The notes under the pieces: generated by a model
What the model saw: the letters and a program-made list of their open reading frames with translations, nothing else
What the model was told of the DNA's origin: nothing
Database searches by the model: none
Made by a program: the position numbers and the translations under genes
Part shown: one piece after another, positions 8,557 through 16,946 of the stretch
Numbering within the stretch: position 1 is the first letter of the stretch
Layout: each line of letters opens with the position of its first letter
Assembly: GCF_000195755.1 (NCBI RefSeq)
Contig: NC_002937.3
Coordinates: 2,880,001-2,912,000, forward strand
Reading direction: 5' to 3'
Source of the DNA: Nitratidesulfovibrio vulgaris str. Hildenborough
GTDB lineage: Bacteria; Desulfobacterota; Desulfovibrionia; Desulfovibrionales; Desulfovibrionaceae
Length of the DNA: 32,000 bases

Positions 8557-9357
8557 CTACAGCAGTCCCCACAGCATGCGCGTGCCCATCACCAGCAGCA
8601 GTACCGCGAAGATACGCTTGAGGCGGGCCACGGGAAGGCTATGGGCAAGCCGTGCGCCGAGCGGTGCTGTGAACACGCTCGCGCCGACGATGCCGATGAG
8701 CGCCGGGACATGGATGAATCCGAAGGTGTTCTCGGGCAGGCCCGCGACAGCCAGCCCGTTAACGATGTAGCCCACCGTGCCAGCCACGGCGATGGGAAAG
8801 CCGATGGCTGCGGAAGTGCCGATGGCGGTATGCATGGGCACGTTGCACCATGCCATGAAGGGAACCGAAAGCGTACCGCCGCCGATGCCCACAAGGCTCG
8901 ACACGACGCCAATCACGTTACCCATGCCGAACATGCCGCCACTGCCGGGAAGTTCGCGGCTGGCCTTGGGCTTGAGGTTCAGCAGCATCTGCGCTGCGAC
9001 CCAGTACAGGAAGCACACGAAGAACCCTTTCAGGAACGACGTAGACAGCCCCGCCGCCACCCACGACCCCAGAAGGGTGCCGGTGATGATGCCGGGGGTG
9101 ATGCGGAAGACCACCTCGCGCCACAGCACCGCACCACGCTTGTGGTGCGCGCGGAAGCTGGAGACGGAGGTGAACATGATACTGCCCAGCGACGTGCCGA
9201 GTGCGAGATGCTGTATGAACTGGTCGGGTATATGCTCCAGCGCGAACGCGAAGTTGAGCATGGGCACGATGACAAGCCCGCCCCCGACGCCCAGCAGCCC
9301 CGCAAGCACGCCAGCCACGGCACCGACAGCCAGATAGAGTAGCAGCGACGTGATCAT
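8557..9357 (-). CDS. TauE/SafE (TSUP, DUF81) family anion permease/exporter
   Basis: 266 aa, fully hydrophobic. It has the typical N-terminus MITSLLLYLAVGAVAGVLAGLLGVGGGLVIVPML and an internal repeat ...VGIGGGTLSVPFM.... It starts 6 nt after the upstream dehydrogenase gene ends. Confidence 0.9.
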   Translation of the reverse strand: MITSLLLYLAVGAVAGVLAGLLGVGGGLVIVPMLNFAFALEHIPDQFIQHLALGTSLGSIMFTSVSSFRAHHKRGAVLWREVVFRITPGIITGTLLGSWVAAGLSTSFLKGFFVCFLYWVAAQMLLNLKPKASRELPGSGGMFGMGNVIGVVSSLVGIGGGTLSVPFMAWCNVPMHTAIGTSAAIGFPIAVAGTVGYIVNGLAVAGLPENTFGFIHVPALIGIVGASVFTAPLGARLAHSLPVARLKRIFAVLLLVMGTRMLWGLL

Positions 9358-9363
9358 GCGAGG

Positions 9364-10389
9364 CTAGACCTTCCCGTACAGGGCCGCGCGGGAGATGCCC
9401 GCCACATCGGCACTGCCGGTGAGGATCATGGCCTGCACCAGTTGTGCCTTGAGGGTGTCGACATAGCTGGCCACACCTTCGGCGAGGCCGCCCACGGCGG
9501 CGATGGAGAACGGACGCCCTATCATGACGGCGTCGGCACCGAGGGCGAGCATCTTGAAGACGTCCACGCCATCGCGCACACCGCCGTCAACGAGCACGGC
9601 AAGGCGGCCCTTCACGGCATCGGCAATGGCGGGCAGCACCTCTGCGGTACCGGGGGTATGGTCGAGGACGCGTCCGCCATGGTTGGAGACCACGATGGCG
9701 TCGACACCCACTTCGGCAGCGCGCAACGCATCGTCGGCGCACATGATGCCCTTGAGGATGAACCGTGCCCCGGCCCCGTGCACCTTGGTGACGATGGCGG
9801 CAAGCTCTTCAGCCGTCTTCGGGGCCACGGGGCGGCCCATCTTGCGCAGGGTGATGAGGCCCGCCGCGTCGACGTCCATGCCAAGCACCTTGCAGCCGGT
9901 GGCGAGGGCCTTGTCCAGCTTCTGGTCAAGTTCATCGCCGTCCCACGGCTTGACGAAGGGGATGCCCCGCCCGCCCGCTGCGGTGATGGCGGCAAAACCG
10001 CTCTCATGGATGAAGGGCGGCACCCCGTCGCCTGTGCAGCCCACGAGCCCCCGCTCGTTACAACCGCGCACGATGGCGTCGATGTAGTCCTCTTCGCTGA
10101 CGCCACCGCCCATGTTGAAGGAAACACCTCCGATGGGCGCGGCGAGCACGGGCATGTCGAGGTCGAGCCCGAGCAGCGTGGTACGCGTGTCCGGTGCGCT
10201 CACGCCATGAACGAGGCGCATGTTGAGTCTGACGGCAGCAAGGGCCGAAAGGTTGTTGCGGAAGGCGTTTCCGGTGCCCAGACCGCCCATGCCGGGCACC
10301 TCTCCGGCGCATGCGCGCCCGTCACAGACGGGGCACACGCGGCAGTAGCCCTTCATGAGTTGGCGTGCCTTGTCTCGTATCTCTTTCAT
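9364..10389 (-). CDS. FMN-dependent alpha-hydroxy-acid dehydrogenase/oxidase family protein with N-terminal Cys4 motif
   Basis: The track ORF is trimmed to ATG 10389, which is preceded by GGAGGAG. It has a TIM-barrel FMN family signature ...AIVVSNHGGRVLD... and ...LVDGGVRDGVDVFKMLALGADAVMIGRP.... The N-terminus is MKEIRDKARQLMKGYCRVCPVCDGRACAGEVPGMGG. Confidence 0.85.
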   Translation of the reverse strand: MKEIRDKARQLMKGYCRVCPVCDGRACAGEVPGMGGLGTGNAFRNNLSALAAVRLNMRLVHGVSAPDTRTTLLGLDLDMPVLAAPIGGVSFNMGGGVSEEDYIDAIVRGCNERGLVGCTGDGVPPFIHESGFAAITAAGGRGIPFVKPWDGDELDQKLDKALATGCKVLGMDVDAAGLITLRKMGRPVAPKTAEELAAIVTKVHGAGARFILKGIMCADDALRAAEVGVDAIVVSNHGGRVLDHTPGTAEVLPAIADAVKGRLAVLVDGGVRDGVDVFKMLALGADAVMIGRPFSIAAVGGLAEGVASYVDTLKAQLVQAMILTGSADVAGISRAALYGKV

Positions 10390-10511
10390 GAGGCTCCTCC
10401 GTTGCCACGCGAACATGGGCGGTGCGGGGCGCACAGTCCCGATGCCGTGGGTCGCGGTTGCGGTGGGGTGGATGGGTGCGCGGCAGGCCGCGCCTTCGGG
10501 CGGGGCTGCGC

Positions 10512-11240
10512 TCATGGTCTTTCCTCCTGATGCACCCACTCCAGAAAAAGCTCCTCCACGCGGAGGATGTGTTCATGCATCTCGCGAAAGGCCAGCTGGG
10601 CGTCACGCAGTTCGATGGCGCGCATGATGCGCTCATGGGTCATGATGGCCCACTGCCTGCGGCGCGGCGTCTGCAAGGTGAAATCGCGGCTTTCGCTGAG
10701 GATGTCGTGCAGACGCACCAGCATCTCCTCCAGAACGGAGTTGCGCGTGGCGCGTGCGATGAGCAGATGGAATTCGCCGTCCTCGTCCGAACCGGTGCCG
10801 CCCCCTTCGATGGCAGCCCGGTGGCGCGCGAGCGCGTCACGCAACTCGGCCATGTCCTGCCCGGTGGCGTTGACCGCCGCCAGCGAGGCTATCTGCGGTT
10901 CGATGAGACGTCGCAGTTCGAGAATCTCGCGCAGCTTCTCGCGTCGCTGTTCGATGACCTCGGCGAAGGGCTCGATGAGGTTCTCTTCGGAACCGCTGAG
11001 GACGTAGGTGCCGTCGCCAAGGCGACAGGTGACGATGCGCTGCTGTTCGAGCGCGCGGATGGCTTCACGCAGGCAGTGCCGGGAAACGCCGAAGAGCTCG
11101 GCCAGTCGACGCTCCGGGGGGAGCTTGTCGCCGGATTTCAGCTCACCCTCGTCGATGAGGGTGCGTATCTGGCCCACGATCTCTTCGTGGAGGCGTTTTC
11201 GCCGTGCCGGTTTGAACACCGGCATCTGATGCGTCTTCAT
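10512..11240 (-). CDS. GntR-family transcriptional regulator, FadR (FCD) subfamily
   Basis: Winged-HTH block: LHEEIVGQIRTLIDEGELKSGDKLPPERRLAELFGVSRHCLREAIRALEQQRIVTCRLGDGTYV. An all-helical FCD-like C-terminus follows. The start is set at ATG 11240, with ATG 11225 as an alternative. Confidence 0.85.
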   Translation of the reverse strand: MKTHQMPVFKPARRKRLHEEIVGQIRTLIDEGELKSGDKLPPERRLAELFGVSRHCLREAIRALEQQRIVTCRLGDGTYVLSGSEENLIEPFAEVIEQRREKLREILELRRLIEPQIASLAAVNATGQDMAELRDALARHRAAIEGGGTGSDEDGEFHLLIARATRNSVLEEMLVRLHDILSESRDFTLQTPRRRQWAIMTHERIMRAIELRDAQLAFREMHEHILRVEELFLEWVHQEERP

Positions 11241-11255
11241 GGAGAGGTGCCTTGC

Positions 11256-11290
11256 GTGATTGGTCCAACCAATAATTGGTTGTACCAATC
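11256..11290. promoter_or_regulatory. 35-bp near-perfect palindrome containing two TGGT-N3-ACCA (FadR-type) operator motifs
   Basis: tgattggtccaaccaataattggttgtaccaatca contains ttGGTccaACCaa (11259-11271) and ttGGTtgtACCaa (11275-11287). It lies 16 bp upstream of the GntR start codon. Confidence 0.6.
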
Positions 11291-11480
11291 ACATCTCCGG
11301 CCCACCCTGTCAATGCGGTTTTTTATGGCTTTCATTCCATGTTGTTACCGATAGAAACGCACGGTTTCCGGCTTTTGCCGAGAAACCGTGCGCGCACGAC
11401 GGAAGGGGACGCTGCCAGCAGCTACCGGACGCCTGCGTCAGACGACACGCGAACCGCTTCCAGCGCAGGCGGGAAAAGGG

Positions 11481-11960
11481 TCACGGCAGAGGACGGCCCT
11501 CGGTGATGAAGGATATGCCTTGCGTGCCCGCAGTCCCTATCATCACCCCCTGTACCAGCAATGGCGAAATGGGCCCCGCCGCATTCCATGTGACGATGAA
11601 CGAAGGGCCGAGACCACCGGTGTCGTCGCGCTCTTCCACGATGAAGCGCGCAGACCCCAGTGGGGGCAACAGCAGGGGGGCAGAGAGGTAGTTACGAACA
11701 GTCTGCCCCTTCTCGTTGACGTAGCGCACCTCGGTGAGGGTCACAGGCAAACGGGCGTCGGTATTGCGCACCGAAAGCATGGTCGTGAGGCTCAGCGTGC
11801 GTTCCTTGTTGCCGTAGACCACGCTGGAGTACACCGGGACGTAGATGGAACGCGGGCTTCCGGCATGTCCGGGGACAGCGGCCAGCAGCAGCGTGATGAG
11901 ACAGAGTACGCAGACAAAACGACCGGCCAGTCCTGACATACAAAACCTCCGTTGGCTCAT
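11481..11960 (-). CDS. DUF3124-family secreted protein
   Basis: Signal peptide: ...RFVCVLCLITLLLAAVPGHAGS. The mature part (SIYVPVYSSVVYGNKERTLSLTTMLSVRNTD..PVTLTEVRYVNEKGQTVRNYL..PLGSARFIVEE.DDTGGLGPSFIVTW...GISFITEG) matches my memory of DUF3124. ATG 11960 overlaps the ArsR stop (ATGA). ATG 11939 is an alternative start with a GGAGG RBS. Confidence 0.65.
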   Translation of the reverse strand: MSQRRFCMSGLAGRFVCVLCLITLLLAAVPGHAGSPRSIYVPVYSSVVYGNKERTLSLTTMLSVRNTDARLPVTLTEVRYVNEKGQTVRNYLSAPLLLPPLGSARFIVEERDDTGGLGPSFIVTWNAAGPISPLLVQGVMIGTAGTQGISFITEGRPLP

Positions 11961-12319
11961 GTCCGTTCCCGGACGTGCTCAAGGCCCTGCCTGAAGAGTG
12001 TTCGCACATGGTCGTCATCAAGTGAATAGAAGGCGTTCTTGCCCTCGCGCCTGAACCGCACCAGTTTGGAGGCACGCAGCAGTCGCAGCTGATGCGACAC
12101 GGCAGACTGGGTGAGGCACAATAGCGCCGCAAGGTCGCACACGCAAAGCTCATCCATGGACAGGGCCTCGAGGATACGCAGCCTCGTGGGGTCACCCATG
12201 AGCTTGAATACGGTAGAGAGGGCCGTCACGTCCGCGTCGGGAGAAAGACGGGAACGCACACGGGCGATGATGTCGCCGTGTTCGCAGTGCTGTTCGCAGA
12301 CGGGGGTGTCGTCCCGCAC
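11957..12319 (-). CDS. ArsR/SmtB-family metal-responsive repressor
   Basis: 120 aa. GTG start is preceded by GGAGG. HTH core: FKLMGDPTRLRILEALSMDELCVCDLAALLCLTQSAVSHQLRLLRASKLVRFRREGKNAFYSL. It has the alpha-3 ELCVCDL metal-site motif and extra N-terminal Cys/His residues (CEQHCEH). Confidence 0.9.
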   Translation of the reverse strand: MRDDTPVCEQHCEHGDIIARVRSRLSPDADVTALSTVFKLMGDPTRLRILEALSMDELCVCDLAALLCLTQSAVSHQLRLLRASKLVRFRREGKNAFYSLDDDHVRTLFRQGLEHVRERT

Positions 12320-12727
12320 GCTGTACCTCCGGATAGTTGAACGTGCTGGAGGCTAACCCGCGCGACCCCTCCGATGCAAGCATTCCCGGAACGCGCAGAC
12401 CGATGCAGATGCCGCGTCTGACGGTGCCCCGGCGCAGTGTCGACATCGACATGCCAACGGGCATCGCTCGCACGCGAATGGCGCCACGGGAGAGGTGCAG
12501 CATCACGCGGACACAGCCAGCACGCGTCAACGCGCCACCGCCCCGGGGCGGACTTCCGCCACGCATCCCGCCCCCGAATCGCGATCCCAGAAACCGTATC
12601 GCGTAAGCACTCACTAGCAGATTGCTCAAACAACCTTTTCGTGACACATGGCGGCATCATCGAAAACCGCCCCGTCCGCCCCGCCCGCATGGCGGAAGGC
12701 ACAACGCGCAACGCTGCGAGAGGTATC

Positions 12728-13279
12728 ATGGAGACCAGATACGCCAACCCCGCACCGCTCGGGCTCATGGGCTTCGGCATGACGACGGTGCTGCTCAACA
12801 TCCACAACGCCGGGTTCTTCCCCATCAGCGCGATGGTGCTCGCCATGGGCATCTTCTACGGCGGGCTGGCGCAGGTCATCGCCGGCATCATGGAATTCCG
12901 CAAGGGCAACACCTTCGGCACCACCGCCTTCACCTCCTACGGTCTCTTCTGGCTTTCGCTGGTGGGTCTCATCGTCATGCCCCGCCTCGGCTGGGCTGAA
13001 GCCACTCCCCATGCCTACATGGGCTGGTACCTCTTCATGTGGGGCGTCTTCACGCTGTTCATGCTGCTTGGAACATTGCGCTCCAGCGTGGTGCTGCGGC
13101 TCATCTTCCTGCTGCTTACGGTGCTGTTCTTCCTGCTGGCGGCACGCGACTGGACGGGCAGCGAGACCATCGGCACCATCGCCGGTTGGGAGGGCATCCT
13201 CACCGGTGCCTGCGCCATCTACCTTGCCATGGCAGAAGTGTTGCATGAACAACTGGGGCGCAAGGTGCTGCCTTTCTGA
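12728..13279 (+). CDS. satP: GPR1/FUN34/YaaH-family acetate(succinate) channel
   Basis: The track ORF is trimmed to ATG 12728. It has the signature N-terminus [24 protein letters not shown] and six hydrophobic helices, including ...[10 protein letters not shown].... Confidence 0.88.
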   Translation: METRYANPAPLGLMGFGMTTVLLNIHNAGFFPISAMVLAMGIFYGGLAQVIAGIMEFRKGNTFGTTAFTSYGLFWLSLVGLIVMPRLGWAEATPHAYMGWYLFMWGVFTLFMLLGTLRSSVVLRLIFLLLTVLFFLLAARDWTGSETIGTIAGWEGILTGACAIYLAMAEVLHEQLGRKVLPF

Positions 13280-13402
13280 CCACGACTTCAACAAGGTGAC
13301 GCGGCGACAATGACCGGGCAGCCCTCGGCTTCAAGACGCGCCCCGGAAACAAGCCCATTCTTCGAAGTTGTGGCGTAACGCCCACACCCCGCATGACCCG
13401 CC

Positions 13403-13432
13403 GGCGCGACAGTCCAGTACGGACGTCGCGCC
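13403..13432 (+). terminator. Stem-loop downstream of satP (possible terminator)
   Basis: ggcgcgac(a)gtcc-agtac-ggacgtcgcgcc forms a 12-bp stem with one bulge, followed by gtcttcgttc. It lies about 125 nt after the satP stop. Confidence 0.4.
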
Positions 13433-13851
13433 GTCTTCGTTCACACTGTGCGCTCACACAGTGCAGGACGCACAGCACACTGCATTTTTTATTGCATACC
13501 ATTCCGGTTCATTGATGTATTCGTCCCGATACCGGCAGTGTGGCTTCGACTGTCCCCCTAGAACCCGTTGCATAAATACAGAACGCCTGTCTCGCACTTC
13601 GTCGCGGGAAAAATGAACCAGTCGACTCCGAATGCAGTCTTCTCAAGGCCTTGCGCTTGCCTATACGATGCATTCACAAGGATTACGCCACTTACCCGGG
13701 TTTTCTCCGCAACCGAGTGCAAGGCTTGTGAAATAATGTTCTTTTAGAAAATACAGCCCATCACTTTCCAAAACCCTCACAACATGCCAATGTCCATGCA
13801 AAAGTTCGTCAGGAGTGCATCGTTGTAACTTCTCATTGATGAAGGTTGGCC

Positions 13852-14631
13852 ATGCCCAAACGCTACATCTCCGTTGTTGTGTTCACTGGACTGATGGCAA
13901 TTGTCGCGTTGTTTGGTTATTCAATACCAGGAGACGTGGCCGGAGCCGTTCCGACGCGCATCCGATTCGACAACGCAGGTGGCAAGGTGGTGTTCGACCA
14001 CAAGAAACACGCCGCAGACTATGCAGTACCCTGTGAGCGGTGCCACCATGAAAGCGCGACACCCCGCGAAAACGTCAAACCCTGCGGAACCTGCCACGGT
14101 GTCACGTTCGACGACGCCTTCCGCAAGAACCACGCCGCCGCCATCAACGATGGCGCCTCCTGCGTGACCTGCCACCACAGCGAGTACGCAGCCGCCAAGT
14201 GGGACCACGATGCCCACGCGCAGGGGTACAGTCCGTCCTGTACAGACTGCCACCACGACACCTCCATCGAACCCACGCCCACCAACTGTGCAGACTGCCA
14301 CAGCGACGGCAAGAACGGGGCCTCTCCGGACAGGAAGACCGCCGTCCACACCCGTTGCGCCCCCTGCCATGCCGACATGTTCGACGCAGGGGTCAAGGGC
14401 TGTGCCAGCTGCCACCCCTTCACCGACACGCGTGCCCGCTTCGCCTCGACGAAGGAGGCGGTGGTCGGCCCCGGCAGTGCAAGCTGCCAGACCTGCCATG
14501 CCGACCAGAAGCTCAAGGACCTCGTGCCCGGACGCATGGCCGCCTTCCACGGGCAGTGCATGTCGTGCCACGAGAAGGAGGGCAAGGGCCCGTTCAAGAA
14601 GGACCAATGCCAGCAGTGCCACCTGAAATAA
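13852..14631 (+). CDS. dhcA: Decaheme c-type cytochrome, membrane-anchored or secreted
   Basis: It has ten CxxCH motifs: CERCH, CGTCH, CVTCH, CTDCH, CADCH, CAPCH, CASCH, CQTCH, CMSCH, CQQCH. The N-terminus has a hydrophobic helix (YISVVVFTGLMAIVALFGY). ATG 13852 is preferred over the track TTG at 13846. rnfC lies immediately downstream. Confidence 0.9.
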   Translation: MPKRYISVVVFTGLMAIVALFGYSIPGDVAGAVPTRIRFDNAGGKVVFDHKKHAADYAVPCERCHHESATPRENVKPCGTCHGVTFDDAFRKNHAAAINDGASCVTCHHSEYAAAKWDHDAHAQGYSPSCTDCHHDTSIEPTPTNCADCHSDGKNGASPDRKTAVHTRCAPCHADMFDAGVKGCASCHPFTDTRARFASTKEAVVGPGSASCQTCHADQKLKDLVPGRMAAFHGQCMSCHEKEGKGPFKKDQCQQCHLK

Positions 14632-14644
14632 GGTAAGAACCACC

Positions 14645-15850
14645 ATGAGACAGCGTTTCCAGATTCTGAACGACCCTCGTTTCCATCTCGTCTACGGGGT
14701 GACGGAGCGTTTCTGCGAAGCCCCCGCCCCCTCGAAGGTACGCCTGAACAGGGAAGGGTTCACACTGGTGGCCGGCCTCAAGAAGAAGAGCGTCGTCCAT
14801 CCGGGCATGCTCCTCGCCGAACACCCCTCCCCCGCCAAGGGCGACCTGTTCGCCTCCATCCACGGTGTCGTCACCGACATCACCGAGCGAAGCATCTTCG
14901 TCTCTGCCGCCGAACCGGCCGAAGACGTCCCCGTCGTGGAACCGGTAGACCTTCTGGCACAGGGGCTTGAAGGTGAGGAACTCGCCCTCGCGGTCAAGAA
15001 GCTGGGTGTGAACACCCGCTCGCTGGGCCGCAAGTGCAAGACCCTCATCATCAACGCGCTGAACCCCGACCCCGGCGTCACGTGGGCCGAACCCATGCTG
15101 CAGACGCACGTCAACAACCTGCGTGTGGGCATGGAACTGCACCGCCGCATGTCGCGTGCCGAGAAGGTGGTCATCGCCCTTCCCAAGGGGTCGCAACTGG
15201 TCTTCGACGGCATCACCACCGCCTACGTCGAGCCGGAATACCCCAACAGCATCGACAAGCTGGTGGTGAAGGCCGTCACGGGGCTTGAGAACCCCGACGA
15301 CGTGGGCGTCGTCGGCCTGCACAACATCTGGAGCCTCGGACGCGTGGGCAGGCTTGGCACCCCGCTCATCGAGACGGTGCTCACCATCGCCAGTTCGACG
15401 AAGTCGGGCAACTACATCGTGCGGGCGGGCTCCACCATCGGTGAACTGCTCGAAGTGGCGGGCATCGAACTGCAGGACGGCGACACCGTCGTCCGCGGCG
15501 GCCCCCTGCGCGGCGAGAGTCTCGACCGCCTTGACCGCAGCGTGACCAAGGGCACCTACGGCCTCTTCGTCGTCGAGAAGGGTGCGGTGCCCCCCATGAA
15601 GGGACACAACCCCTGCATCAGCTGCGGGGCGTGCGAACTGGTGTGTCCGGCCAACATCAACCCCAGCAACCTGAGCCGCTACGCCGAATTCGCCCTGCAC
15701 GAGCGGAGTCAGGCCGCACACATCGACTCGTGCCTCGAATGCGGACTCTGCGGGTACGTGTGCATCACACGGCGCCCTGTGCTTCAGTACATACGTCTCT
15801 CGAAGCAGAAGCTCGCCGAGAAGACCGTGTGTCATTTCGTGGAGTTGTAG
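14645..15850 (+). CDS. rnfC: Rnf complex subunit C (divergent; two 4Fe-4S motifs)
   Basis: 401 aa. RnfC-like blocks are present: KTLIINALNPDP.., ..STIGELLEVAGI.., VVRGGPLRG. There are two ferredoxin motifs, CISCGACELVCP and CLECGLCGYVC. It is the first gene of an rnfCDGEAB-order operon. Confidence 0.88.
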   Translation: MRQRFQILNDPRFHLVYGVTERFCEAPAPSKVRLNREGFTLVAGLKKKSVVHPGMLLAEHPSPAKGDLFASIHGVVTDITERSIFVSAAEPAEDVPVVEPVDLLAQGLEGEELALAVKKLGVNTRSLGRKCKTLIINALNPDPGVTWAEPMLQTHVNNLRVGMELHRRMSRAEKVVIALPKGSQLVFDGITTAYVEPEYPNSIDKLVVKAVTGLENPDDVGVVGLHNIWSLGRVGRLGTPLIETVLTIASSTKSGNYIVRAGSTIGELLEVAGIELQDGDTVVRGGPLRGESLDRLDRSVTKGTYGLFVVEKGAVPPMKGHNPCISCGACELVCPANINPSNLSRYAEFALHERSQAAHIDSCLECGLCGYVCITRRPVLQYIRLSKQKLAEKTVCHFVEL

Positions 15851-15987
15851 GATGCGCCCGCCCGCACCGCGAATCGTACCCGACAGGGGCCGTAGCGCGA
15901 ACGTGTCGGCCACGCCTTCGATGAACACCCGCCCCGTCACCGCCGTGCGGCGACCGGGCACCTCGAGTAGGGACTAGGGAGGAGACC

Positions 15988-16944
15988 ATGTCCGAAACGA
16001 AACGACAGCCGGTCATGCTGGCGGTGAGCGTCCCGCCCTTCTGGCACTGTGGACGCACGGTGCAGAAGGCCAGCATCAGCACGCTTCTCGCACTGGCACC
16101 CGCCGCGCTCATGGCCATATGGCACTGGGGCGTTCCGGCGGCGCGGGTGATGGCCCTCGCCATGGCCACCGGCGTGGTGGTCGAGGCACTCTGCCAGCGC
16201 GTCATGGGTCGCGAACCCGAAGTGGACGACCTCACCGCCGTGGTATCGAGCCTGCTTTTCGCATTCCTGCTTCCGGCGAACGCGCCATGGTGGCTGGTCA
16301 TCGTGGGCGTCACGCTGGCCATCAGCCTCGGCAAGATGGCCTTCGGCGGCCTCGGGACCAACCCCATCAACACGGCGCTGGTCGGCTGGGCCATGCTGCA
16401 CGTGTCGTGGCCCGTCCTCATGGACCCCAACGCCATGCAGCTTGACACCATGCTCATCGACCCGCTGGTGCGCCTCAAGTTCTTCGGCGCGGCGGCGGTG
16501 CACGACATCAGCCTCACCGACCTCATCATGGGCAACCAGATAGGCGGACTGGGTGCGGCGCAGACCGGGGCGCTGTTCCTCGGCGGCTCGTACCTCGCAG
16601 CCCGTGGCACCATCCGGTGGGAAATCTCGCTGAGCTTCTTCGTGGGTGTGGTGGCCGTGGCCGCCATCTTCAACATCCTCAATCCCGACCTGTATGCCAC
16701 CCCGGTCTTCCACCTGCTGACAGGTTCCACGCTGCTTGGCGGCTTCTTCCTCGCCACCGAGGGCGCAAGTTCACCGGGCCGGCAGATACCCATGATGCTC
16801 TACGGCCTCATCGGCGGCGCGCTGGTCATCATCATCCGGGTCTACGGCATCTACCCCGACGGCGTGCCCTTCGCGGTGATGCTCATCAACCTGCTGGCCC
16901 CGCTGCTCGATTCCATCCACCCGAAGCCCTTCGGAGTGAAGTAG
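15988..16944 (+). CDS. rnfD: Rnf complex subunit D (NqrB-like membrane subunit)
   Basis: 318 aa, polytopic. AGGGAGGAG RBS is present. Its operon position and blocks such as ..FGGLGTNPINTALVGWA.. and ..YPDGVPFAVMLINLLAPLLD.. are typical of RnfD/NqrB. Confidence 0.88.
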   Translation: MSETKRQPVMLAVSVPPFWHCGRTVQKASISTLLALAPAALMAIWHWGVPAARVMALAMATGVVVEALCQRVMGREPEVDDLTAVVSSLLFAFLLPANAPWWLVIVGVTLAISLGKMAFGGLGTNPINTALVGWAMLHVSWPVLMDPNAMQLDTMLIDPLVRLKFFGAAAVHDISLTDLIMGNQIGGLGAAQTGALFLGGSYLAARGTIRWEISLSFFVGVVAVAAIFNILNPDLYATPVFHLLTGSTLLGGFFLATEGASSPGRQIPMMLYGLIGGALVIIIRVYGIYPDGVPFAVMLINLLAPLLDSIHPKPFGVK

Positions 16945-16946
16945 CC

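Noticed and set aside
13673-13732. Rex-like half-sites (TTCACAA at 13673-13679 and TTGTGAA at 13726-13732) upstream of dhcA-rnf
   Set aside because: Neither half-site has a matching partner at the N4 spacing of the Rex consensus TTGTGAA-N4-TTCACAA. The two halves are about 46 bp apart, so only an 8-bp distant inverted repeat remains. This is not enough to call a site.
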